The notes under the pieces are model-generated. The model was not told the origin of the DNA and made no database searches. It saw only the letters and a program-made list of their open reading frames with translations. This document shows positions 8,934 through 17,883 of a stretch of 64,000 nt of DNA, in pieces. The stretch lies in contig JAAYVC010000037.1 in NCBI GenBank assembly GCA_012517375.1, positions 3,485-67,484 of the forward strand, read 5' to 3'. This stretch comes from a bacterium (GTDB lineage: Bacteria > Hydrothermota > Tepidihabitantia > B3-TA06). Numbering within the stretch: the first letter of the stretch is position 1; every line of letters begins with the position of its first letter. The position numbers and the translations under genes were made by a program.

Positions 8934-10418
8934 ATGAAGGAACTATCTCCAAAGTGGGTAGGAGTAATGGTCGGTTCAGCCGCTGTTGCGGCGTTCGGAA
9001 TAGGACTGCTTCTTGCCGGCGTCCTGGGAATATTCCCCCGCGCCCAGGCACAGGAGCAGCCTCCCCAGAATTTATCAGGCATAGCGGCCGGCGACAGCCC
9101 GTTCGTGAAGATAGCGGACGAGGTTATCCCGGCTGTCGTCAACATTGGTACAACCCGCAAGGTCAAGGTCAGCGGCGTTTTCCCCTTCGATGATCCCATC
9201 TTTAGGCGCTTCTTCGGCGACGAGATGCCGGATGCTCCCCGCGAACAGACTCGGCAGAGTCTTGGTTCGGGCGTCATCTTCAGGCAGGACGGCTACATTA
9301 TAACCAACAACCACGTTGTCGAGGGCGCGGACGATATAACGGTCACCATGCACGACGGCAGGACATTCGCGGGCAAGCAGGTCAAGCTCATAGGCCGGGA
9401 CCCGCAGACCGATATAGCGGTAATAAAGATTCAGGTCTCAGAAGAGCTGCCCGTTGCAAGGCTCGGCAACTCAGACTCCATCCGCGTCGGAGACTGGGCA
9501 GTCGCTATCGGAAATCCTTACGGACTGGAGGGTACGCTCACAGTAGGAGTCATCTCCGCCAAGGGACGCACGAACCTTCCCCTGCCCTCCCAGCAGCGCT
9601 ACCAGAATTTCATCCAGACCGACGCTGCAATCAATCCAGGCAACTCAGGCGGACCCTTGTGCAGCATAAAGGGCGATGTGATAGGTATAAACTCAGCAAT
9701 TACGTCGCCTTACGGAGGAAACGTGGGCGTCGGCTTCGCAGTGCCCGTCAACATGGCCAAAAGCGTAGCCACCCAGCTTATAGATAAGGGAAAGGTAGAG
9801 CGCGGTTATCTCGGGATTCTTCCCCAGGAGATCACGTCCGACATGCGCAAGGGGCTCGGTCTCAAGGAAAAGGGCGGCGTGCTCGTCGGCAACGTTGTGC
9901 AAGGGACGCCTGCCGAGAAATCCGGGATACGCGACGGCGACGTGATTCTCGCCCTCAACGGAAAAGAAGTCGCAACGGTCGAGGAGTTCCGCGAGCGTGT
10001 CGCTGCGATGTCTCCAGGGACGACGGTCGATTTCAAGGTCTGGCGCAACGGTTCGACCATGAGCGTTAAAGCCAAGCTCATATCCTATCCCGAAGAGGAA
10101 CTCAGCCAGAAGAGCACGCAAGACAACATCGAAGACGCTCCGTTCGGCATAATGGTGCGTTCGCTCTCCTCCTCCGATATGGAGAATCTTGAAATCTCCT
10201 CGGGCGCGCTCGTCGTTGACGTCCGAAGCGGATCGGCCGCCGAGAGAGCCGGAATAAAGCCGGGCGACGTCATTCTCAAGATAGACAACCGCCAGGTAAC
10301 GGACGCCTCCTCGTTCGCCAAGGCGGCAGAAGAGTTAAAGAAATCGGGCAAGGAAGTGATGCTTGTCCAGGTATACCGCAGCGGACAGCGCTTCTTCATC
10401 ACCATGCGCCAGGAGTAA
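8934..10418 (+). CDS. degP: DegP/HtrA (Do family) serine protease with two PDZ domains
   Basis: LGSGVI; TNNHVV; DIAVIKI; QTDAAINPGNSGGPL; two PDZ domains. Confidence 0.97.
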   Translation: MKELSPKWVGVMVGSAAVAAFGIGLLLAGVLGIFPRAQAQEQPPQNLSGIAAGDSPFVKIADEVIPAVVNIGTTRKVKVSGVFPFDDPIFRRFFGDEMPDAPREQTRQSLGSGVIFRQDGYIITNNHVVEGADDITVTMHDGRTFAGKQVKLIGRDPQTDIAVIKIQVSEELPVARLGNSDSIRVGDWAVAIGNPYGLEGTLTVGVISAKGRTNLPLPSQQRYQNFIQTDAAINPGNSGGPLCSIKGDVIGINSAITSPYGGNVGVGFAVPVNMAKSVATQLIDKGKVERGYLGILPQEITSDMRKGLGLKEKGGVLVGNVVQGTPAEKSGIRDGDVILALNGKEVATVEEFRERVAAMSPGTTVDFKVWRNGSTMSVKAKLISYPEEELSQKSTQDNIEDAPFGIMVRSLSSSDMENLEISSGALVVDVRSGSAAERAGIKPGDVILKIDNRQVTDASSFAKAAEELKKSGKEVMLVQVYRSGQRFFITMRQE

Positions 10419-10455
10419 GGAGTTATGTAAATGATGAAACGGAGGGGTTGAAACA

Positions 10456-11970
10456 ATGCTCAGATGGGCGTCTGACCGCTCGTTATCAAGGTACTTCAAG
10501 CAGATAATGCGGTATCCGCTCTTAACGCGCGAGGAGGAAGAGGAATACGCGATTCGCGCGAAGCTCGGAGACCTGATAGTCGAGGTAGAAGCTAAGCCCG
10601 CAAAAACGAGAGCGGTCCTCGTGCGTGCGATAAAAAAGGCAGGCGCCGGAGGCGTTTTAAGACTCGCCGTGCAAAGAAGCGGAAAGAGGATGGAAGTAAC
10701 CCTTTCTCTTCCCGCCTTGATTCCTACATATATGGCGAATACCGACAAGGCAATCCCGATTCTCGGAATGAAGCTGCTTGAACTCACAGAGCTGAACCAG
10801 GCTCAAAAAAGCTTTTTTGCAGATATCAAAGCCGGACTCGTCATAACCGAGATAGCCCCGGATTCCCCGGCGTCAAGCGCCGGTCTCATAGACTACAATA
10901 TGGAGGCCCGGGATAAGCTGATAGTGCACAATCTGCGCTGGGTCGTTACAATCGCAAAGCAGTATCAAAACAGGGGCCTGGCTCTTTCGGAACTCATAAA
11001 CGAAGGAAATCTCGGCCTTATACAGGCGGTCTCGAAGTTCGACGAGGCCCGCAAGACCCGTTTGACTACTTATTCAAACTGGTGGATACGCTACTACATA
11101 GTCACCGCACTCGCATCCAGGCACCTCATAAAGCTGCCCATTAAGATGCGGAATCTTGCCAAGAAGATACGCGACAGGTACGGCGTACTCGCTCAGCGGT
11201 TCGGAAGAACGCCGTCCATTGAAGAGCTCGCCCGCGAGCTCGAGGTCTCGCCCGAGGAGGTGTCATGCGCGTTCGACTGCGGTGTCGCGGAGCTATCCAT
11301 TGACGCCCTGCCCTTTGACGACTCGAAGGTTACATTCGAGGAGGTTCTAAAGGATACAACATCTCCCCTGCCCACAGAGCTTTCCGGCAAGGAGCAGATA
11401 GAGCGAGACGTTCGCTCGTCGCTTTACGAATCCCTTGCGGACAGGGAGCTGTATGTCGTTACCAGGCATTTCGGAATCCCTCTGCCCCAGGGCCGCTTCA
11501 ACATGAAGAGGATCTCCGAAATATTCGGCCGCCCGAAAGACCAGATTCAGCAAATACTCTGCGCTGCATCGAGAAAGCTTCTTTCAAGACTGCGCCGCAG
11601 CCTGGGCGATGAGGGACTCAGGCAGTACGCCAAGCTCTCGACAGCGCAGTCCGGGATGCTTCCGGAACTCCTGAAGAAGACGGATGATGCTTCGAGAAAA
11701 GCGGTTTTGAAGATAATGAGCAAGGTCGTGAGAAACATGCCCGCCATTCTTTCCGATCAGTTCGAGGGTTTCGAACTGATTGAGTCGGAGGTGATGGCTT
11801 TGTTCTGGAGTTTCGGACCGACGCAGCCCGAGCTGAATCTTCGTGAAATCGGCGACCTTCTGGGCATCTCCCGCGAAGCCGCACGCCAGATTAAGGAGCG
11901 TTCAATTAAAAAACTAAAGAAGTATCTTAGGCCGCAGGCGTTCGACAGTTTCTTTCGGGAGGCGATATGA
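10456..11970 (+). CDS. RpoD/SigA-family sigma-70 factor with PDZ-like insert and duplicated region 4
   Basis: Region 1.2 YFKQIMRYPLLTREEE; region 2 NLRWVVTIAKQYQNRGL..ELINEGNLGLIQAVSKFD..TYSNWWIR; region 3 GRTPSIEELAREL; region 4 LREIGDLLGISREAARQIK. Confidence 0.9.
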   Translation: MLRWASDRSLSRYFKQIMRYPLLTREEEEEYAIRAKLGDLIVEVEAKPAKTRAVLVRAIKKAGAGGVLRLAVQRSGKRMEVTLSLPALIPTYMANTDKAIPILGMKLLELTELNQAQKSFFADIKAGLVITEIAPDSPASSAGLIDYNMEARDKLIVHNLRWVVTIAKQYQNRGLALSELINEGNLGLIQAVSKFDEARKTRLTTYSNWWIRYYIVTALASRHLIKLPIKMRNLAKKIRDRYGVLAQRFGRTPSIEELARELEVSPEEVSCAFDCGVAELSIDALPFDDSKVTFEEVLKDTTSPLPTELSGKEQIERDVRSSLYESLADRELYVVTRHFGIPLPQGRFNMKRISEIFGRPKDQIQQILCAASRKLLSRLRRSLGDEGLRQYAKLSTAQSGMLPELLKKTDDASRKAVLKIMSKVVRNMPAILSDQFEGFELIESEVMALFWSFGPTQPELNLREIGDLLGISREAARQIKERSIKKLKKYLRPQAFDSFFREAI

Positions 11971-12039
11971 GAACAGCGTTTCTTTCGGGCTGCTTATGCA
12001 AACGTCTGGGCGACCCGAGACGGGTCGCTGCCGCGATTA

Positions 12040-12067
12040 TTGACATGGGACTCTGTAAATCTATAAT
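12040..12067 (+). promoter_or_regulatory. Sigma-70 promoter
   Basis: TTGACA-16 bp-TATAAT, preceded by hairpin GCGACCCG-AGA-CGGGTCGC. Confidence 0.75.
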
Positions 12068-12145
12068 CAATCCTTGAATTCTGAAGGACTCTTCGGGTCC
12101 TCGTTTGAAATTTAATTCATAAAATCGGAAGGAGTCAGACAGCAT

Positions 12146-13528
12146 ATGAAGAAGTTCTTCAATTGGTTAGATAAAACCTTCGTGAAGCCTGTCGAGGAAT
12201 CAAAGATGTCCCTCGGCGCCTTCATTCTTATCGCCGCAGGCTACATACTCGCGCGCAATCTCTTTGAAGGCGCATTCGAATCCCTTCACCTCATAGGACT
12301 CTCCTCTATCACGCTCTTCGGGATCGAGGAGATGTTCCTGCATCTCATGTTCTCCTGGCTTTATTTCTTCATGATAGTAGCCATTCTCCTGAAATTTACG
12401 ACCGGACACGATATGAAGAAGATAACGCGCGTACTCCTGGCCTACTCCTTCATAGTGCTTATACCGCCGTTTATCGATTTCCTCTTTATGCCCGGCGGTT
12501 TCAGGCTTGCCTACCCGACCGATATAAGCATAGTCGGAAAGGTGATATGGTCTATGTTGAGGCCCTGGATACTCTTTAACCCGCGCATGGTCTATGAATA
12601 CTCGGCAAAGATCCCTTACGGAGGCTCCCCCGGTATGATAATAGAGGTCTTCGTCGCGTTGATTCTGATAATCGTTTACTCGTGGATCCGCACGCCTTCG
12701 CTGAAGCGCAGGATTATAGCCGTTCTGCTCACTCCTGCAATTCTTGCGGCGACCATAATCATAGCCGGCGGAGCGCAGGTGCTCGTATCCAATATCCCCG
12801 GAGACCCCCTTACCGGAAAATCGGTATACTTCACGGGCGGCCTCATAACATCCGCAACGCGCAAATACGCCCTCATCGTCTTAATCCCCTTCCTTATCGT
12901 TCTCTTCATCGGTCTTCTGCTCTACAACAAGCAAAAGACATTAAAGCTTGTAAAATCGATAGACCCTTTCAGCGCAATCCTTGCCGCCGTCGCCGCAGGC
13001 GCGGGCTTCCTTTTTGCATGGCTCGGTCTCAAGGACATACTTACCGGCGTTCCGAGAAGCCCTTTCGACTACGTTGCCCTTTTCGGTCTCTTAGTTATGG
13101 GCGCTGCGTCAGCCGTTACAAGGCTTTATCTTTCGCAAAGCTGGTCTGAGAAGAACTCCGAGGAGGATAAGAAAACCTTCCGGCGCGGGGCGTGGGGCAT
13201 GTTCATACTCACGCTGGCGCTCGGATGGAGTCTGGGGTACGCAAACCTGTTCATACTGCTCGTCTCGCTCGTATTCGGGCTGGTGCTGGCCGTACCTCCG
13301 CTGCGTCTCGAACGCTGGAGCGTGCCGTCATCCCTTGGCAACGGACTGGCCGTTTTCATGCTGGTCTATTGCGGATACTCGCTTTTCGCGACCGAGCGAA
13401 CCTTCAGTATTTTCCCATGGCAGCTCTCAATAGTCGTATTTGCTACACTGTGGCTTTCTTTCCTGGTCCGCGAACTCATAATAAGACATAAACCAAAGCG
13501 TATCCAGACGGGGGAAGCAGCCCAATGA
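12146..13528 (+). CDS. Polytopic membrane protein; C-terminal half weakly UbiA-like
   Basis: About 12 hydrophobic segments; VPPLRLERW resembles the UbiA PPxRLKR loop; SD AGGAG. Confidence 0.7.
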   Translation: MKKFFNWLDKTFVKPVEESKMSLGAFILIAAGYILARNLFEGAFESLHLIGLSSITLFGIEEMFLHLMFSWLYFFMIVAILLKFTTGHDMKKITRVLLAYSFIVLIPPFIDFLFMPGGFRLAYPTDISIVGKVIWSMLRPWILFNPRMVYEYSAKIPYGGSPGMIIEVFVALILIIVYSWIRTPSLKRRIIAVLLTPAILAATIIIAGGAQVLVSNIPGDPLTGKSVYFTGGLITSATRKYALIVLIPFLIVLFIGLLLYNKQKTLKLVKSIDPFSAILAAVAAGAGFLFAWLGLKDILTGVPRSPFDYVALFGLLVMGAASAVTRLYLSQSWSEKNSEEDKKTFRRGAWGMFILTLALGWSLGYANLFILLVSLVFGLVLAVPPLRLERWSVPSSLGNGLAVFMLVYCGYSLFATERTFSIFPWQLSIVVFATLWLSFLVRELIIRHKPKRIQTGEAAQ

Positions 13529-14706
13529 ACGAAACGAATACAAAAATCCCGCCGCTCATTCTGATAATCGGTTCAGCGGCCGCGCTTGCCATGGCGGTTC
13601 TTCCGCCGCTCGTTCTCGGGGCCGCATTCTTATGGTTTATTACGCCTTTTCTCGGTCTCCTTCTTCTTGCCGGAGTGTTCGCGCGGCGTTCATGGCTCGC
13701 TTGCATCTCGGCAACATTGGAGCTTGCCGCTCTGGTTGCCGTACTTGCCAGGTTTCCGCTTTCTTTGTCCGCGGAGCAAACAAGGAACCTTTATTCCACG
13801 GGCCAGGTAGTAAAAGCCGACGTATACTACCTCCGCGCCGACTACGTAAACGCCCTTGCCGCTTACAGGCAAAGCATTTCATCGGGGTTAGAAGACCCCT
13901 GGCTTTACTACCAGATGGGAAAGTGCTACAACTACCTTGGTCAGAGCCAGCCAGCGTTTGAGACGTTCGTCTATGTAGACAAATATCCGCAAAAGGTGCC
14001 TCAGGAGTTGCTCAGGCTGGATTTTGCCCTGGCATGCATCAAGTCGAATTTCGAGGAGGAGGGAGCCAATGCATTCAAGGATGCGATAAAGTCGAACTAT
14101 AATCCAGGGTACTGCTACTATCAATTGGGCGTTTACTATACATTCAAGAGGGACCCCGATAAGGCTGAGGAGATGTTTTCAAACGCGCACTTTCTAGGCT
14201 ACCAGCGCTCGGAATGCTCATCCCTTCTCGGCGGGATAGCCGAAGGCCGCAAGGACTACGCAAAAGCGGAGAAGCTCTACAGGAGAGGCTTAAGGGAAAG
14301 CTTCGAGAACCTCACGCTATACGCAAAACTCGGCAGCCTTCTTCACCGCACGGGAAGGAATGACGAAGCGGTGTCAATCCTGCTCGACGGGTTCAATCTC
14401 TCCGCTTTGGTTCGGTACAATCCGCGCGCCGCCGCGATGATACTCAACAACCTGGGATTCGTTTACGCTGACCAGCGCAAGACAGGTCAGGCTATCATGG
14501 CGTTCAAGCAGTCGATACACACGGACGCAGGCTTCATGGAGTCCTACTACAATTTAGCCTACGTCTTAATGCAGGAAAAAAGGAACACCGAGGCGCTCGA
14601 GATTCTCAGGATGGCGCTTGATAAAGACCCGAACGATGCAACCGCCAGGGAGATGATAGCGCAGATCCTCGGATCAGGTAAGCCCCAGGATCAAGGAACA
14701 AGATAA
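13525..14706 (+). CDS. Membrane-anchored TPR protein
   Basis: N-terminal TM helices; TPR motifs YYQMGKCY, YYQLGVYY, LNNLGFVY, YYNLAYVL; ATGA overlap with upstream gene. Confidence 0.85.
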   Translation: MNETNTKIPPLILIIGSAAALAMAVLPPLVLGAAFLWFITPFLGLLLLAGVFARRSWLACISATLELAALVAVLARFPLSLSAEQTRNLYSTGQVVKADVYYLRADYVNALAAYRQSISSGLEDPWLYYQMGKCYNYLGQSQPAFETFVYVDKYPQKVPQELLRLDFALACIKSNFEEEGANAFKDAIKSNYNPGYCYYQLGVYYTFKRDPDKAEEMFSNAHFLGYQRSECSSLLGGIAEGRKDYAKAEKLYRRGLRESFENLTLYAKLGSLLHRTGRNDEAVSILLDGFNLSALVRYNPRAAAMILNNLGFVYADQRKTGQAIMAFKQSIHTDAGFMESYYNLAYVLMQEKRNTEALEILRMALDKDPNDATAREMIAQILGSGKPQDQGTR

Positions 14707-14855
14707 AAGCCGAACTCCCGTATAAGTTCACGCATCAGCCGGCATCTTCAATGCTCCGGTAGGCTTAATTCAAAGACAACACATATTCAATGAATAGTCG
14801 GGACATATAGCTCTAGATTGCCCACTCATCCAGGGAAAAACCTGGATTTACACAC

Positions 14856-16223
14856 TCACACTTTGTCATGTTTCATCTTGGGAAAGAATACTTGCTTTCG
14901 ATCGTCAACCACCGCCGCAACCACCGGGCTCTTCAGGATATCGTCCCAGATGAAGCCGAGCCCGTGCCTGGCGAACCGCTCCCTTATGAGTCTCGCAAAA
15001 CCCTTGAAGTAGATGTCTCTAGGCCTGTTAAGGTAAGCGATAATCGCATTGAGAAGGTATCTCATTTGAGCGGCGGAGATATGCGGATGGTTCCATACGA
15101 GGTGCTTTGCGCTGTAGTGACGGTAGTTTGTGTCCGTTATCCCGTAACGCATCCGGATGTCGTCCCATAAGGGCGTTTTTGGGAAGGGGGTCAGCACGTT
15201 AACCTGATGGGCGTCGAAACCCGCCTTCTTCACAAGCGCCGCGTCCTCCAGCGTCTGCTCTGCGGTCATGCCCTCGTAGCCTATCATATAGTAGACCATG
15301 CGGTACATATCGCCCTTCTCCCTCGTCTTTCGGGAAAACTCCATAATCTCCTCAACCTTCTGCTTCTTGTCTATGCTGTCCAGGGCGCCCTGCTTCATCG
15401 TCTCAAGACCAATAACAGGAAAACGCAGCCCCCGCTCGTACCAGGTTTCAAGATTTCTCAAGTAAATGCCTGCCCGCGATTGCGACCACCAGCGCAGGCC
15501 GTAGCGGGCAAAAAGTTCAGAAAGCTTGTCCGCGTAGGCAGGGAACGTTCCGAAGAGCTCGTCCATAACGAACACGTCCTTTATTCCAACCTTGCGATAG
15601 TGCTTCACGACCCGCTCGACGCTCTCGAAGTTGACTGTAAACCGTCTGTCCTCATATGCAGGCGTCTGGCAGAACGTGCACCTGAAGGGGCAGCCGCGCT
15701 CGGTGTACAAAAGACCCATCATCAGATAAGGAATTGAGCCCGGCTTGAACCTGAAAGGCATCATCAAGGAGGGATGTTCTACCTCCTCGTCCCGTACCCT
15801 GTATCCGAACGCCTGCGCCACCTGATCCTCTGCAGCGCCCGAAAAGACCCTGTCGCAAAATTCGGCAACGTGTCCGTCAAGCGCGCCGTGTCCGCCAGCC
15901 CATATCTCGCGAACCCCGTGCCTGCGAGCCTCATCCGCCATGCGCTCCACCTCGGCTATCTCGTTCTGAAAAAAGGAGAAGCCTACAACGTCCCAGCCCT
16001 CCTTGAGTCTCTCGACATATTCAGGCCACATAGGATACTCGAGTATCTCTATCTCAGGCACGTTCTGCTTCAGGAAGCGCAGCCCGAAGCCTATGCGTCT
16101 TGGATTAGAGATTCGTGGAACCCCGTAAACGTTCTCGCCTATGTAATCGAGATAATCGTCTGCGAAACGCCTGTAGGCGTTGCATAAAAGCACCTTTGGT
16201 GCAGTCTTCAATGCTCCTCTCAC
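14856..16223 (-). CDS. B12-binding-domain-type radical SAM protein (paralogue 4)
   Basis: RGCPFRCTFC; WDVVGFSF..IWAGG Rossmann-like N-domain; MIGYE; LTPFPKTPLW. Confidence 0.9.
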   Translation of the reverse strand: MRGALKTAPKVLLCNAYRRFADDYLDYIGENVYGVPRISNPRRIGFGLRFLKQNVPEIEILEYPMWPEYVERLKEGWDVVGFSFFQNEIAEVERMADEARRHGVREIWAGGHGALDGHVAEFCDRVFSGAAEDQVAQAFGYRVRDEEVEHPSLMMPFRFKPGSIPYLMMGLLYTERGCPFRCTFCQTPAYEDRRFTVNFESVERVVKHYRKVGIKDVFVMDELFGTFPAYADKLSELFARYGLRWWSQSRAGIYLRNLETWYERGLRFPVIGLETMKQGALDSIDKKQKVEEIMEFSRKTREKGDMYRMVYYMIGYEGMTAEQTLEDAALVKKAGFDAHQVNVLTPFPKTPLWDDIRMRYGITDTNYRHYSAKHLVWNHPHISAAQMRYLLNAIIAYLNRPRDIYFKGFARLIRERFARHGLGFIWDDILKSPVVAAVVDDRKQVFFPKMKHDKV

Positions 16224-16273
16224 GGTATCAGTCTAAAAATCCTGTATGCTAATCTTCTTCCTGCTCTTTATAC

Positions 16274-16301
16274 ATTCTACACCGTGTGCTTGCGCTGTCA
16301 A
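16274..16301 (-). promoter_or_regulatory. Sigma-70 promoter of paralogue 4
   Basis: Minus strand TTGACA-16 bp-TAGAAT. Confidence 0.7.
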
Positions 16302-16425
16302 GACCTTGTTTGAGGTTATTCCTCAAGACTTACGCTGAGGATTGTCCGGGATTTGATCTTATATCATCTTCTTTGCACGTTAGATTGGTAAAAAACCTCG
16401 CCACCGTCTCTCGCACTCTCGTGTT

Positions 16426-17784
16426 TTAAGAACCGAGCCTCTTAAAGAAGATCTGCTTGCGGTCGTCGTACAGGCTGGCTGCAAGAGGTCCCTTGATGAG
16501 GTCGCGCCACACGAACTCGAAGCCTTTTTCGCGCAATCTCTCCCGAACGATCCGGGAGAAGGGTCGTATGTATGCATCGAATGGATTGTTGAGATAATTG
16601 ATGAGCGAAGCGCGCAGATAAAGCATCTGGGAGGGCGTTATCTCGGGATGGTTCCATACGAGGTGGCCGGTATCGAAATCCCTGTAATTATCCTTGATTA
16701 TCCCGTACTTTGAATCAAGCTCCTTCCAGAGAGGGGTCCCGGGAAAGGGAGTGAGTACGCTTACCCCGTGCGCATCGAAGCCCATGCGCTTGAGCTGTAC
16801 TGCGTCCTGGATGGTCTCATCCCGGCTCATGTTCTCGTAGCCTATCATCCAGTCCACTATCCTGTAGATGCCGGGTTTTTCCTTCGTTCTTTCAGCATAT
16901 TCCTCAATCTCCGCGGTCTTCTGGCGCTTCTTGATGATATCCAGAGACTTTTGAACGGTAGACTCGAGGCCTATCATGGGAAAGCGCAACCCCTTCTCGT
17001 ACCACTCGTCGAGATGGTCAAGGATAAGGGATATGCGCGACTGGGCCCACCATCGAAACTTGTATCTCGCGAACATCCCGGTGAGTTTTTCGGAAAGCCG
17101 GGGATTGTACCCGAAGAGTTCGTCCGCGATGAAAAGATCGGTAAGTCCCTTGCTCCGGTAGTGCTTAATGACGCGCTCGATGCTTTCTATATTTATGGGC
17201 AGGGGTCTGGTGTCAAGAGCGGGCGTCTGGCAAAAGCTGCATTCGAAAGGACACCCGTGCTGCGTGTACAGGAGGCCAAGCGTCAACAGAGGTATGTTGC
17301 CGGGTTTTATCGTACCCGGCCAGCACATTACCGGATGCTCTATCGAGTCGTCCGGGATGCGGTATCCGAAAACCCTGGCTACGGCGTCCTCTGAGGCTCC
17401 AGTAAAAACCCTGTCCACTATCCGGGGGATTGCAGGATTCAGCGCTCCGTACCCTCCCGCCCACAGCTCGCGGATTCCATGACTGCGCGCCTCTTCAGCC
17501 ATCCTCGCTATCTCCGCTATCTCGTTCTCGAAAAAAGTGAAGCCCACCACGTCCCAACCCTCCCTGAGTCTCTCGACATATTCAGGCCACATCGGATACT
17601 CGAGTATCTCGACCTCGGGAACGTTCTGCTTTAAGAACCTCAGGCTCATCGAGACCCGGCGGGGCGAGGCAACCCGGGGAAGGCCGAAGACCTGGCCTCC
17701 GATTACATCCCAGTAGTCGTTGCGGAATCGCCTGTAGGCCGTACACAAAAGAACCCGGGGGTTAGCGCTCAAAGCGCCTTTCAC
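16426..17784 (-). CDS. B12-binding-domain-type radical SAM protein (paralogue 3)
   Basis: HGCPFECSFC; WDVVGFTF..LWAGG; LTPFPGTPLW. Confidence 0.9.
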   Translation of the reverse strand: MKGALSANPRVLLCTAYRRFRNDYWDVIGGQVFGLPRVASPRRVSMSLRFLKQNVPEVEILEYPMWPEYVERLREGWDVVGFTFFENEIAEIARMAEEARSHGIRELWAGGYGALNPAIPRIVDRVFTGASEDAVARVFGYRIPDDSIEHPVMCWPGTIKPGNIPLLTLGLLYTQHGCPFECSFCQTPALDTRPLPINIESIERVIKHYRSKGLTDLFIADELFGYNPRLSEKLTGMFARYKFRWWAQSRISLILDHLDEWYEKGLRFPMIGLESTVQKSLDIIKKRQKTAEIEEYAERTKEKPGIYRIVDWMIGYENMSRDETIQDAVQLKRMGFDAHGVSVLTPFPGTPLWKELDSKYGIIKDNYRDFDTGHLVWNHPEITPSQMLYLRASLINYLNNPFDAYIRPFSRIVRERLREKGFEFVWRDLIKGPLAASLYDDRKQIFFKRLGS

Positions 17785-17883
17785 GGCACCGACCTGCTCA
17801 ACGATGCACCCTTCTCAGGCTGACAGAAAAAAGAAATCGAGTTGAATTCCATCCCTTGCTTACGTCTCATAACGACCCGATGC

